A stretch of 64,000 nucleotides of DNA from a virus. Positions 39,692 through 51,022 of this stretch are shown piece after piece. The first letter of the stretch is position 1, and the number at the start of each line of letters is the position of its first letter. The notes under the pieces are model-generated. The model saw only the letters and a program-made list of their open reading frames with translations. It had not been told where the DNA came from and did not search any database. Location of the stretch: positions 31,314 to 95,313 of IMG/VR virus record IMGVR_UViG_3300037575_000021, one strand, 5' to 3'. Made by a program: the position numbers and the translations under genes.

Positions 39692-40096
39692 TCATTTAAT
39701 TTTCTCCTTGATTATCATTTGCGCCATCTTCATATCGACACGATCACCGTGGTTTTTCTTAAGGTAACCCATTACAGGCCCCATCCCTTTTGATAAATCC
39801 TGACCATCAATGATGTTTTCTAACTCACTGATGGTGTAGGTTTTAGGTAAGTACAGCTTGAGGATAGCTAATTCCTTAGACTCATCTAAGCTTAGACCAC
39901 CCTTAGCATTAGCTGTATCCTCTAGACCTTTAATGAATTTCTTCACAAGAGCTACAGTTGAGTAGTTCTTAGCCTGTTTACTCTTGAGGATGTTATCAGC
40001 CTCACCCACTAACGTAGTAAGAAGTGTAGCCTTAACGCTGTCCTTCTCACGACGTGCAACCATACGGTCTTTCTTAATCTGCTCTAATAGCTCCAT
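39692..40096 (-). CDS. GatB/YqeY-domain protein
   Basis: IKKDRMVARREKD, ELAILKLYLPK, MGPVMGYLK, VDMK. Confidence 0.8.
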   Translation of the reverse strand: MELLEQIKKDRMVARREKDSVKATLLTTLVGEADNILKSKQAKNYSTVALVKKFIKGLEDTANAKGGLSLDESKELAILKLYLPKTYTISELENIIDGQDLSKGMGPVMGYLKKNHGDRVDMKMAQMIIKEKIK

Positions 40097-40251
40097 TTAT
40101 TTACCTCGCTTTTCTGTTTTGATCATTAACTCCTAAAAGTTATAGCCAGAATACATACAAATTATTTTAAAGTCAACACTTGACGGGAGATTATTTTGTG
40201 TGTATAGTACTTCCATCTTAATCGGAAACCATCTAGAGGAGTGTAAGTAGT

Positions 40252-40917
40252 ATGTATATTTATGATATGACAGCGGATAAGTTCTTTATCAATTGTATAA
40301 CAACCTCATCGAGGGATATTAAGCTTAACTCTCACGGGAAGATCTCCCACTATAAAGCGGCTGAGCTTAAACAAGTGCCACCACCACCAAGGGTACTTGA
40401 ACACCTCTCTTCCCTTAGTTCCTTTGAAGAGTTCCAACCTTTTCGTAAAGTCGCTGGATGTATAGATGAAGGCTTCAAGGTGTGGAGTCAATGGTTCATT
40501 GACAGTCTACGGTTAACAAAAAGCACTGAGCCTGAGTGTGAACGAATTAAAGAATGGTGTGATGCCATCGATATGATTGAGGACATCCTACTTAATACAC
40601 CGGACAAAGGTGTACAGTTTAAGATGGATGACGTAGAGGCCTTTAATGCTAGCCTTAGTGGTGAGAAAGCTTGGAATGATCCTTATGATCCTGTTCGCCA
40701 ACAAACCGTTCTCGATGTAACTTGGCATGAAACCCCCGTCGAGGTTAATAATGAGGTTCGAGATCTCTGGGGTGATAGGGAACTAGGTAATGACAACTAC
40801 ATCGCCAAGGTGACAGTTGATGAAGAACTATTCGAGGATTACCCATACATCTGCATGTATTTACTGTCAAAAGGTATTGACAAAGGTACGGATGTTTGGG
40901 TACACTTCTGGTGGTAA
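40252..40917 (+). CDS. Hypothetical protein
   Basis: ORF with RBS downstream of a TTGACG/TATAGT promoter. Confidence 0.7.
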   Translation: MYIYDMTADKFFINCITTSSRDIKLNSHGKISHYKAAELKQVPPPPRVLEHLSSLSSFEEFQPFRKVAGCIDEGFKVWSQWFIDSLRLTKSTEPECERIKEWCDAIDMIEDILLNTPDKGVQFKMDDVEAFNASLSGEKAWNDPYDPVRQQTVLDVTWHETPVEVNNEVRDLWGDRELGNDNYIAKVTVDEELFEDYPYICMYLLSKGIDKGTDVWVHFWW

Positions 40918-41791
40918 TTATGAACAGTATTCAAGATCAATGGAAAGAGGAGGTTAGCTCTATGAAAATCACAGTTGGCTTAATAGCCTTAATCGTATTC
41001 ACCGTCTTCGCTGATGACTCTAATGCATTCGGCCTACGGGAGATGGAATTACAGGACTACGCTAATTATCTTGAGCAACCCCTCGTGTGCTCAGGTATTA
41101 GTCAAATGGATGAAGATGTAGCCAAGCTATCTAAAGAGATCAACAATGATCTTAAGATGAGGGCCAAGAAAGTAAAAGATAATACCACACCTGTTGAGTA
41201 CCAGTACGTCATTCGCACAGTGCGTGGTAAGGCCTATAACCGCCTACGTTACTTCTATGAAGATGACCTAGGTAAGTGTAAAGCAATGTACACAGAAACT
41301 TTCATTTAACACTTGACTTTTGTATTGAAGTGTGCATATAATAATGAGAACCTTGATGTTAAAGGAGGTGTTATGAGCGGTATGAGCGGTATGGGTGAAT
41401 GGGATGCAGTGGAATCATTCGTTATGGACTGTGTGAATGATCCATCTATCCTATCAGAAGAAAACATGGTGGAGATGCCTAAAGATATTGAAACCAAAGA
41501 ACAATTCGATGAGTGGATTGAACATGTAGATTCAGAACTTGAGGAGACTAGAGGATTTGAATGACTGATGCAGATGAACAGGATTACATCTGCATTGAAG
41601 CTGAACAAGATACTGAGGTATGGTTGGAGACTGAGTGGGATTACCTAGATGAAATAGGAATCGCAATTCTAAATCCGTCTGGCCATTCAACAGCGTCCTT
41701 GACAAGGCAACAATTAGATGTTCTAATCGAAAGGCTCACTGAGTTGAGCAAGAAGAAGAACCCAAAACTAGTGTTACATTAGGAGTCAGCA

Positions 41792-42685
41792 TTGGGCTAT
41801 GTAAAAGAAGAGTACCAGAAAAAGGTTAAACCAGTGACTCCTAGAGAGACACTAGAAGAGGTTTTAACCTACCCAATCAAAGGTTTCGCTGACCGTGGTA
41901 TAACAACCAAAACAGCACAACACTTCGGAGTACGTACTAAACTAAGTAGTGCAGATGGAGTGACACCAATAGCTATCTATTTCCCATACACGGAAATACA
42001 AGAAGATGGCTCAAGAAAAACAGTAGGCTTTAAGAAAAGAGACCTCACTAAAAATAAGAAAGATCGTGGGTATTTCACCACCATAGGTAATGTGGCCAAG
42101 GAATCTGTGGACTTATTCGGTACAGATTGTGGTAACACAACAGGTGGTAAAAAGATCATGATAACGGAGGGAGAATTTGATTCCATGATTGTGTATCAAG
42201 TTCTCAAAGAGAAGTATTCTAAATCCAACCCAACGGTAGTATCTATCGGGTTTGGTACGGCTAATGCTGTTGGACATCTAGGTCAGAAGCATGTACAGAA
42301 GTTCTTACGTAAATTCAAAGAGACAATCGTAGGGTTTGATAACGATTGTGCTACACCTGAGGAACGTAAGAAGGGAATCATGAAAGGTCAGGAAGCAACC
42401 CACGCTGTGTATGGCTTAATGCCAGACATTATGGTGGCACACTTACCTGAGAACCAAGACCCATGCGATATGTTCAAACGTGAAGGTTCAGAGCAGTTGT
42501 ACTGGGCATTCATGTCACCTAAGAAGTTTACACCTGAAGGTTTCATTCAGTTTAGTGATATCCGTGAGAAGTCAATAGAGTTGCCAACTATTGGGCGACC
42601 TTGGCCATGGCCCACTATGACGAAGAAAACCCTAGGTAGGCGTGAAGGTGAGGGGTATTACATCGGTGCTGGTGTTAAGATGGGT
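41792..42685 (+). CDS. T7 gp4-like primase-helicase, exon 1
   Basis: TOPRIM motifs ITEGEFD, GFDND, DPCD; ends in the first part of Walker A (GAGVKMG). Confidence 0.9.
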
Positions 42686-43395
42686 TGACTTTGGCCCATG
42701 TAAAAGGTATTGAATTCAGGGGACACCTAGAACAGGCAATCCTGAGCGAAATTTAGATTAGTAGGAGGCGGTGTGAGACCCATCCAAATAGAAAACTGTG
42801 AGCACTATTCTGTAACTGAGTGCGGTAAAGTCAAAAATACAAACACAGGAAGACAGCTTAAGTACGATCTTTCTAGTGGAGGGTATAGAAGGGTGACCCT
42901 GTGGTCATCTGACCAAAGACGTATAAGAATAGCGGTTCATAGGTTAGTAGCTATGACCTATCTGTGCAACCCTGATGGGAAGCCCATGGTTAATCACAAA
43001 GATGGCGATAAGCTTAACAACCATAAAAACAACCTTGAGTGGGTTACCTGTAAAGAGAACACTACCCATGCCTTTAAAGAGGGATTACGGAAAGGCCCTA
43101 ATCGGCTGCCTGATAATGTTGTGATTGGTGTTAAGAAGGATAGAGAGGCGGGTATATTGACAGCCTCCCAAATTCGCCAAAAGTATGGGCTATCTAGAAG
43201 CCGGTACAGTGATATAAATAGGTACTATAAAGATCTAATCTGAAGACGTGCAACGACTATCCCGGAAGGGAGTACACCCAAGCGGGTGGAAGCGGTACCC
43301 ACCGAAAGGTGATGATATAGTCTGATCTGCATGGGGACATGCAGCAGTTCATAAGAGAACGGCTCAGGAATTAGCGACCCTGAGTGAACATAATG
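42686..43395 (+). mobile_element. Group I intron in the primase-helicase gene
   Basis: P1 ATGGGT/GCCCAT with U-G wobble; P (TGAATTCAGGGGA), Q (AATCCTGAGC), R (CAACGACTA), S (GATATAGTCT); terminal G; splicing restores GAGVKMG-KST. Confidence 0.9.
42773..43243 (+). CDS. Intron-encoded HNH homing endonuclease
   Basis: VHRLVA, VNHKDGDKLNN, NLEWVT-x-KEN-x-x-HA. Confidence 0.9.
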   Translation: MRPIQIENCEHYSVTECGKVKNTNTGRQLKYDLSSGGYRRVTLWSSDQRRIRIAVHRLVAMTYLCNPDGKPMVNHKDGDKLNNHKNNLEWVTCKENTTHAFKEGLRKGPNRLPDNVVIGVKKDREAGILTASQIRQKYGLSRSRYSDINRYYKDLI

Positions 43396-44274
43396 AAAAG
43401 CACATTCCTCGATCAGTTGTGTGAGTTCATTATCACCAATGAAAGGGACGTAGATGGCAACCCACAGAAGGTAGCACTCTTCAAGTTTGAGGAGCAGCCT
43501 GATGAGACCCTGAAGAAGTTAGCTGGTAAGTTCTATCGTAAGGATTTCTCTAACCCTGAAAAGATATTGTTTATCGATCAAGAGGGTAACGAGGTAGATA
43601 TTTGGGGCAACCCTATACTGGATAGCTCTACGTTCTACACTCAAGGTGATCTGATGCAGGCAGTGGATGATGTAGGCCCTAACGTTATCCTATATAACAA
43701 CTATGGTCGATGCCACTGGGATGAACTGAAAGGTGCTATCCGACATGCTGTACTGGTTGAGAAGGTGAAGGATATCTTTATTGATCCTATCACACGATTG
43801 ACTGCAGGGATGAATGCCTCAGAGGCCAACACTGAACTAGAGACCTTCTCGGATGAGATCAGTAAGATGGCTAAGGACTTAGGGTTCACCTTCTACTGCT
43901 TCTGTCACTTGAAGGCTCCAGAGAAAGGGGCACCACATGAGCAGGGCGGGAAGGTTTTCTCCAGTCAGTTCCGTGGATCCCGAGCTATGATGCAGAGCTG
44001 TTACTACACTTGCGGTATCGAGGGCAACAAAGACCCAGAGCTACCAGTCAAGGAGCAGAACACTCGCTACCTGAGCATACTGGATGACCGTAAACACGGT
44101 AGAACCTGTAAGTTCCCAGTCTTCTACGATGAGGATACTGGCAGCTTCCTAGAGCCTCCTGAGGGCTTCCTAGAGAGCGATTGCCAAACACTGGCCCAAT
44201 TCTATAGCGGAGGGTCAAGTATCCATCATGAGGAATTTGAGGAGCATACAGCACCATTTCAACCAGATTTCTAA
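43396..44274 (+). CDS. Primase-helicase, exon 2 (DnaB-like helicase domain)
   Basis: KST; IFIDPI; CHL; FRGSRAM. Confidence 0.9.
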   Translation, partial: KSTFLDQLCEFIITNERDVDGNPQKVALFKFEEQPDETLKKLAGKFYRKDFSNPEKILFIDQEGNEVDIWGNPILDSSTFYTQGDLMQAVDDVGPNVILYNNYGRCHWDELKGAIRHAVLVEKVKDIFIDPITRLTAGMNASEANTELETFSDEISKMAKDLGFTFYCFCHLKAPEKGAPHEQGGKVFSSQFRGSRAMMQSCYYTCGIEGNKDPELPVKEQNTRYLSILDDRKHGRTCKFPVFYDEDTGSFLEPPEGFLESDCQTLAQFYSGGSSIHHEEFEEHTAPFQPDF

Positions 44275-44283
44275 GAGGAGTAG

Positions 44284-46827
44284 ATGATGGATGGTTATTG
44301 GGTACTAGATACCGAGGGTGATGACCTATTAGACGGTATTACTAAGTTCCATTGTATTGTTTTTAAACGGTACAAGAAGGATGAATGGGTTATCTTATTA
44401 GATCCTAACCATCCTGAATACAAGGAAGCTCTCCTGTTCATTGAGAACAGTGATATCAAGGCCAGAGTATTACCTCTGGATCACCTTGATGATTTCCTAA
44501 GCTGGTCTGATGTTAAGTCTGTAGCGTGTCACAACCTACATGGCTATGATGTGCCAGCCTTTAAGAAGCTTAAACTGGTTGAGGATTTCGATATGTGCCC
44601 TCAGTCAATCAATGGTCACGAGATTAAGATGATCGATACACTGTCAGTTAGTCGTGCGTTGTGGCCTGATAGACCTCTACCGAGGAATTGTCCTACTCAT
44701 GTTCTCAATCCGGTGACGGGTAAGAAGGATATGGTAGGCCCACACGGCTTGATGGCATGGGGTTACCGAGTGGCCAACATGAAACCTACAGTTCATGACT
44801 GGAGGGATCAACCATTGGTGACTTACCTTGATCGTTGTATTGAGGACGTTAAGATCAATGACCTAACACTGACAGCTCTGTTCAATGAAGCAGGTAAAGC
44901 TGCTAAGGGGGGTAGTTGGTCTGAAGCACTTAAGTTGAACAATAAATGTGACTGGCTGATGGAGAAGCAGTTCCGTGACGGTATCTTATTCGATCAAGAG
45001 TTCGCTGTAGAACTTCGTGATCGTATCGATCAGATGATGGAGGATATCGAGAGGGAGATTGAGCCAAGGCTACCACCAAGGGAAATGCCTAAAAGTCAAC
45101 GCCCTAACTTCCCAGCTAATCCTTTCAAGGGTGATGGGACTATCAGTGCTGATGGCTGGAAGTGGCTTAAGCGTCTTGGTTATGAGGTGGATGATGAAGC
45201 TCTTAATTTCAAGCCACCACCTAAGACAGCTTTCAAGAACAACGGGGATCTATCAGCTAATGGTCGTAAATACTGCATCAATAATGGTGTTGTTGATGAC
45301 GAGAAGATGCCTGACTTTATCCGTGAATGTTTGAAGAAGGGTGTAGAATTTAAACCACTACCTGATGATGAGATGGAGAAAGCACGTAAGGATCTACAGA
45401 ATAAGGTAGAGCCTAGCTGGTTAGTACCGATGAAGATTGCTAACCAAAAGGATATCAAGGAGTACTTGGTTGAACACGAAGGATGGAGGCCTACTATTTG
45501 GGGCACAAAAGATTCTACTCGTGATGCATTCAAGAAAGAATATCCTAAAGAAGTTCAGATGCAAAAGCTAAGAGACTACATACAGGAAGTTAGAAACTCT
45601 GTGTACATGGATCAGATTGCAGATGAGATGGATATCAACTTCTGCGATGATATCGAGGATCGTATTGTCGATAAGCTTAAGCGTCAGGCTAGATATCTAG
45701 TCACAACCCCTAAGTTTAAAGATGAGAAGGGTGACCTGTGCCCATCCATTGAGCTGTTGGATGGTGAGTTGGCCAAGGCAATCGTTAAGTGGCTATCACT
45801 TCGTAACCGTAGGTCTGTTATTCAGACTAAGGATGAGAAGAAAGATACAGGTTGGTTGAACAACCCACGTCTAGCAGTTGATGGTCGTATTGGTCAGGGC
45901 TTCGGTGGTGTGACAAACACAAACCGTTATAAGCACAGGGAGATCGTTAACCTTCCAAAGGCAGACCCATCAGTCTTGCTTGGCCATGAGATGCGTAGTT
46001 GCTTCATAGCACCAAAGGGTTACAAGATCCTAGGTTACGATGGATCTAACCTTGAGCAGTTCGTAGCAGCTAGTTATGCCTTTAAGTATGACAATGGTGA
46101 CTATGCTCGTAAACTTGGTTGGGGATTAGCCGAGGGTGAAGAACCTATCGATGCCCACACCGAGAACGCTAAGGCGTACTCACGAGCAGCTGGTAGGGAG
46201 GTGACACGTTCATCAGGTAAGAACATTACTTATGCTGTTCTCTACGGAGCACAGGCTAAGAAGATTGCCAAGATGTTAGGTATCTCCCGTAGGAATGCAC
46301 AGAAAGTAATTGATGCGTTCTGGGACTCGAACATGGGCCTTAAGAAGTTAAGGGATAACTTAGAGACGTACTGGACTTCAACAGATAAGCGATACATCCG
46401 TGGTATTGATGGTCGTAAGATCTACACCCGTAGTAAGCACAGCTTGGTTAATGCACTCTTCCAGAGTTGCGGTAGTTTAATCATGATGTTGTCTGGGTGC
46501 TTTATGTATGACATGTTAGCAAGACGTGGACTACTTAAAGACGGTAAGGTTATTCGTCTGGCCTTCGTGCACGATGAATACCAGTATCAGGTTCATGAGT
46601 CTTTGATCGAGACCAAGGTGTTTGATACCAAAGAGGAGGCTAAAGCTTATAGCGATGGTCGCCTATGGTCAAACCCAACAGAAGTAAACGGTAAGTGGGA
46701 GAAATATTATTGTATTGTTGGTGAGCTGGGAGATAAGAGTCTTCAGATGGCTGGCAAACACTATGATATGGCCCTCCCATTTAATGCAGCCTACGATGTA
46801 GGTAATAATTTAGCAGAAACTCACTAA
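44284..46827 (+). CDS. Family A DNA polymerase with 3'-5' exonuclease
   Basis: DTE, HNLHGYD, DGSNLE, KNITYAVLYG, VHDE motifs. Confidence 0.95.
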   Translation: MMDGYWVLDTEGDDLLDGITKFHCIVFKRYKKDEWVILLDPNHPEYKEALLFIENSDIKARVLPLDHLDDFLSWSDVKSVACHNLHGYDVPAFKKLKLVEDFDMCPQSINGHEIKMIDTLSVSRALWPDRPLPRNCPTHVLNPVTGKKDMVGPHGLMAWGYRVANMKPTVHDWRDQPLVTYLDRCIEDVKINDLTLTALFNEAGKAAKGGSWSEALKLNNKCDWLMEKQFRDGILFDQEFAVELRDRIDQMMEDIEREIEPRLPPREMPKSQRPNFPANPFKGDGTISADGWKWLKRLGYEVDDEALNFKPPPKTAFKNNGDLSANGRKYCINNGVVDDEKMPDFIRECLKKGVEFKPLPDDEMEKARKDLQNKVEPSWLVPMKIANQKDIKEYLVEHEGWRPTIWGTKDSTRDAFKKEYPKEVQMQKLRDYIQEVRNSVYMDQIADEMDINFCDDIEDRIVDKLKRQARYLVTTPKFKDEKGDLCPSIELLDGELAKAIVKWLSLRNRRSVIQTKDEKKDTGWLNNPRLAVDGRIGQGFGGVTNTNRYKHREIVNLPKADPSVLLGHEMRSCFIAPKGYKILGYDGSNLEQFVAASYAFKYDNGDYARKLGWGLAEGEEPIDAHTENAKAYSRAAGREVTRSSGKNITYAVLYGAQAKKIAKMLGISRRNAQKVIDAFWDSNMGLKKLRDNLETYWTSTDKRYIRGIDGRKIYTRSKHSLVNALFQSCGSLIMMLSGCFMYDMLARRGLLKDGKVIRLAFVHDEYQYQVHESLIETKVFDTKEEAKAYSDGRLWSNPTEVNGKWEKYYCIVGELGDKSLQMAGKHYDMALPFNAAYDVGNNLAETH

Positions 46828-46944
46828 AAACACTTGACTTTCATACGAAAGTGTGTATAATAGGTGGGCTTAATTGACAGAAGTTATGGAGGGAAAGCCT
46901 CCCTCTATATCAATTATAACATAACCAAAGAGGAAAGTAAACTA

Positions 46945-47667
46945 ATGAGCAAGAATTTTGAATACAATGCAGCGGAAGGTAAAGAACGTGCTAACGGTAA
47001 GATCAAGAACGGTGTGTTCGCTTACTGCAAACTCCACTACGCTGATTTCAAATACGAAAGCAAGACCGAGAAGGAATACGGTGTAGACTTTATCGTTGAT
47101 AAAGCAACTGCTAAAGCCTTCAAGAAGAAGTTCCCTAAGAACAAGGTTCGTGAAGTAGATACTCCAGATTTCGAAGGCATCTACAAGATTCCTGCTCCAT
47201 TCCCAGAACAGGATGAGCAGTTCGTTCTTAAGCTACGTGCTCGTGCACAGCTGGCTCGTGACAACGCAGATGCTGGTCTTAAAGCTGGCGACATGGTTCC
47301 ATACAGCTGGAGCAACCGTCCTAAAGCTTATGAGATGGAAGATGGTAAGGTTCGTGACATCACCATGGATGAGAACAAGATCCCAGCCAATGGCTCTAAG
47401 GGTCACCTATCCTACACTGTTCTTGAGAACACTTACGGTTCTTTCATTCAGTTAGGTAACATCCTGATCACTGATCTGATCCCTTACGCTCCTAAAGCTA
47501 AGGCAACATCGAACGAGTGGGGTGAAATCATCCAAGATGAAACCACTACTGAGTTTGATAACGCACCAGAAGCTCCACAGGAGTCTGAAATACAAGAGGA
47601 AGCTGATGACGTTCCTTTTGAGGCTGATGTAGCTGAAGATCAAGATGGTGAAGATCCTTTCGCTTAA
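46945..47667 (+). CDS. Single-stranded DNA-binding protein (T7 gp2.5-like)
   Basis: Position after Pol; acidic C-terminal tail ending DPFA. Confidence 0.7.
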   Translation: MSKNFEYNAAEGKERANGKIKNGVFAYCKLHYADFKYESKTEKEYGVDFIVDKATAKAFKKKFPKNKVREVDTPDFEGIYKIPAPFPEQDEQFVLKLRARAQLARDNADAGLKAGDMVPYSWSNRPKAYEMEDGKVRDITMDENKIPANGSKGHLSYTVLENTYGSFIQLGNILITDLIPYAPKAKATSNEWGEIIQDETTTEFDNAPEAPQESEIQEEADDVPFEADVAEDQDGEDPFA

Positions 47668-47953
47668 TTGATAGAGCCCCTTCGGGGGCTTACACGAGGA
47701 GGTAAGATGTTTTTAATTGGTGATGAGCTGAGTGTAAAGCTGAAGCTTGTTGAGATAGAGACAGAAGAGGATGAAGTACGTGGCGATCTATACAGATTTA
47801 TTGTTGTAGGTTCAGACGGTGAAGATTCCATCTATATGTACAAGGATGAGATAGAGAAGGCTAACCCAGAAGCAGAGATGTTAATCCTCTTAGAGCGCCA
47901 AGAGGAAATTGCTAAAAGGTTGAAGACTCTGGAGGATAGATTGGCGGGGGAAG

Positions 47954-48994
47954 ATGTTCAAGAAGATAATAATTGATGGTGATACTCCGGTTCTACGTGC
48001 AGCCATAGACGTTCAAGAGACTTACGTCCTTGTGACAAACAAGGAAAGTGGTAAGACTCAGAGGTATAAATCCCGCATGGAATTCTATGGACACTGGAAG
48101 AAGAAGAATGGGGGAGCATTAGCAGCCATTAACGAGAAGTATGGTAAGACCTACACCTCTGAAGACTTTGATTATGAGGATGTTGTTAAGGTACGTGACG
48201 GGATAGATCCAATTGAAGAGGGTGTTAAACACTTTGATTTCTTTATCGGTAAGATCAAACGTGCTGACTTAGCAGTTGATTATGAGATTGTCCTAGGCGG
48301 TGGTGAGTGTTACCGTCATGAATATGCTAAGATCCTTGAGTACAAGGGAACCCGTGTAGATAAGCCGTTAATGTTTGCTGAAGTTAAAGAGGCAATCATT
48401 AAGAAGTATGGCAAACGGGTGACAATAGTTTCTGGTATGGAAGCTGATGATTATCTTGGCATCAAGGGCTACGAGAACTTCAAGGAGTACAAGAAGTCAG
48501 GATCATGGGACTACCTATTAGCCTACATCGATAAAGATATTGATATGGTTATTAGTCCAAGTATTGACCCTTATGATTTGAAGGGTGGAATTCACTACAC
48601 AACACCAAGTGAAGGTGCATTATGTTTTGCATCCCAGCTATTGAGTGGTGATACGGTGGATAACATTCAGGGACTTCCTAAGTTCACGGATGACATAACA
48701 ACCAAGTATGGTCTTCGTAGGGGTAGAGGGATAGGGAAAGCAACAGCCTTGACCTACCTTAAAGATCAAACAACACAAGAAGTTTTCCGTAGAGTTTGTG
48801 AGGCATATCACTCATACTACGGCTCAGAGAAATTACCAATGGTGTCTTGGCCAGGAGATATCCTCAAGTACAATTGGTTAGATTATCTGAAAGAGAATGC
48901 AATCCTGTTGTGGATGCAACGTGAAGAGAATGAACGATTCGATATGGAAGAGTTCTTAACAAAAATAGGTATCGATCTCGATGAGTTCAAGTAA
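47954..48994 (+). CDS. 5'-3' exonuclease (T7 gp6-like)
   Basis: IDGD, EADD, DKD, GDTVDNIQG. Confidence 0.9.
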   Translation: MFKKIIIDGDTPVLRAAIDVQETYVLVTNKESGKTQRYKSRMEFYGHWKKKNGGALAAINEKYGKTYTSEDFDYEDVVKVRDGIDPIEEGVKHFDFFIGKIKRADLAVDYEIVLGGGECYRHEYAKILEYKGTRVDKPLMFAEVKEAIIKKYGKRVTIVSGMEADDYLGIKGYENFKEYKKSGSWDYLLAYIDKDIDMVISPSIDPYDLKGGIHYTTPSEGALCFASQLLSGDTVDNIQGLPKFTDDITTKYGLRRGRGIGKATALTYLKDQTTQEVFRRVCEAYHSYYGSEKLPMVSWPGDILKYNWLDYLKENAILLWMQREENERFDMEEFLTKIGIDLDEFK

Positions 48995-49379
48995 TACACA
49001 GCAAAGACGCACCGAAACATTTATATCTTTTCTTTGTGCAACCCTACTGACGTGGGCTATAATTAGTGGCCCAGTCTGGTTGTCAGGGACAAGTCAGTTT
49101 ATATCTTTTGTCTTCCTTTGTCTTGGTGTGGTAGGGGCTGTAATAGCTCTAATAGGTGCCGATAAATTTATCCAAGGGATTAAGACTGGAAGGGAGCCTA
49201 AGAAGGTTAGTATTTTTATGGTAACCCTGAGAATAGTTGTTCAAGCGGTTTGTATAACGATGTTAATCCTTAATGGGCACCTTGTAATAGGTTACCTCTG
49301 GTTAGCTCTGGCGATAACAGGTAGCATAGTGGGCCTTTGGGTTCTACTATTATCTGGTAACTGGAGACTAACACTTTGA
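48981..49379 (+). CDS. Membrane protein
   Basis: About 4 TM helices. Confidence 0.65.
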   Translation: MSSSNTQQRRTETFISFLCATLLTWAIISGPVWLSGTSQFISFVFLCLGVVGAVIALIGADKFIQGIKTGREPKKVSIFMVTLRIVVQAVCITMLILNGHLVIGYLWLALAITGSIVGLWVLLLSGNWRLTL

Positions 49380-49987
49380 GCTACCTATTATCAATAGACC
49401 AAAGCTTAGCCAAGTGTGCTTATGTCTTTTGGAAAGACGGTAAAGTAGTACTGAAGGGGGTGATCCGTACAGGGTCATCCTCAGCTAAGACCAAATCAAA
49501 AGGTGTTGAATATTTCGATACCGTGGATGAGCAAATAGATCGTATCTGTAGAGATATTGAGAAAGAGTTAATCAAATACGAGAAAGACTATGTAGGTCAA
49601 CAAATGACTGAAGTGCCTATCGTATTTGAAGGATTATCTTTCGGATCTGTTGGGGATGCTACTAGGAACCTTGCTGGACTCTACTTTGTTATGAGGAACC
49701 ATTTCTTTTATAGTGGTCTTTCAACCTTTGAAGATATGTACACTATTGCGCCAACATCTCTTAAAGCGTTTGCAAGGGATTACTTACCTGAAGAAGACCG
49801 CTTGACAGATGGTGGGAAAAAGGTTAAGATGGATAAGAAGTTAATGGTAAAAGCCTGTCTAAACTCAGCTGGTGACGATTTCCTAAACGGATATAATATG
49901 AGCACTGGTAAAGATGACTTGGCTGATGCCTACTTCTTAGGTTTGAAATGGTTGGAGGAAAATAGTGAGTCTTTGGTCGAAGATTAA
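49376..49987 (+). CDS. RuvC-like Holliday junction resolvase
   Basis: LSIDQS, VFEG, APTSLK, DDLADA. Confidence 0.75.
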   Translation: MSYLLSIDQSLAKCAYVFWKDGKVVLKGVIRTGSSSAKTKSKGVEYFDTVDEQIDRICRDIEKELIKYEKDYVGQQMTEVPIVFEGLSFGSVGDATRNLAGLYFVMRNHFFYSGLSTFEDMYTIAPTSLKAFARDYLPEEDRLTDGGKKVKMDKKLMVKACLNSAGDDFLNGYNMSTGKDDLADAYFLGLKWLEENSESLVED

Positions 49988-50453
49988 AAATAAGTTAAAC
50001 GTAAATCGTAAGTACCTTTCAGGTCAAGAGGACTTCTGGGTTAACGGTGAGAAGAAGGATCTTAAATGGTTTACCATGGAGGAGAACAAACACTTTGTTT
50101 TCCACAAACACATTGGTAAGTTCCAAACAACAGCTGACTTCAAGTTAACCTACTACTGGAAGAAGAATGGCTCTAAGCGAGCAACTACTATCTACATCCC
50201 TCTAGGTTTCCTATGGGATGGGGCAAGCATCCCTGAGATGTTCCAAGGCCTGATCGGTGGTAAGTTCGATCCTGAGTTTGTATTCGCCAGTATGATTCAT
50301 GACAAAGCAGTTAAGATGAATCTAGATCACTACCCTGAAAGTCGAATCTTCTATGAGATTCTTAAAACCCGTCGAGGGCATCTAAGCATCCCTTGGTGGA
50401 AAGAGAAGGCTATGTACCTCGCGGTTTATAGCTGGAGTATTTATACAGGATGA
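49965..50453 (+). CDS. DUF1353-like protein
   Basis: PLGFLWDGASIP...ASMIHD. Confidence 0.7.
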   Translation: MSLWSKIKNKLNVNRKYLSGQEDFWVNGEKKDLKWFTMEENKHFVFHKHIGKFQTTADFKLTYYWKKNGSKRATTIYIPLGFLWDGASIPEMFQGLIGGKFDPEFVFASMIHDKAVKMNLDHYPESRIFYEILKTRRGHLSIPWWKEKAMYLAVYSWSIYTG

Positions 50454-51022
50454 AGTAATGACTCAACAAGTTAATGAAATCCTTCAGGGTTTCACACAGG
50501 ATCAGATCGACACATTGTTTATAGCTATCTCTCATTGTGTTGGTAAAGATGTCTACGCACTATCTGAGATGCTGAAGCCACACATCAGCGCTCCTGAGGA
50601 GGAATTGTGGGATGAGTGTACCTACAAGGCTTGCGACAAGTCTGCATTCAATGATAGGGATGTACTGGTTGTAGATATCCATTTAGGTGGGCACCTAGCA
50701 GCACTATAGCAAATAGGAGGAAAGATATGGCTAACTATGGAGGATGGGCATTTGCTCAACCAAAAATATGGACTCGTGAGAAGATACAAGAAAGGTATGG
50801 AGAGATTGCTCACTTCTTAAAGGGTGGCCATATCGAGTACTCTAAGACGCAGGGATATGTCCACGGGGCTTTCCAAGGGAAACTCGTCTCGGAAGATGCT
50901 AAGCAACTTACCGATATGGATGTATTGATCCTGATGGATCGTGGGAACCTCTGCTTTGGTGGTTATTGCTACCTTAAAGATGGTTCATTCAGCGGTAAGT
51001 ATTACACAGATTAAGGAGTAGT

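Noticed and set aside
43384-43395. Independent start for a separate helicase gene
   Set aside because: These bases are the intron 3' end; Walker A is complete only after splicing
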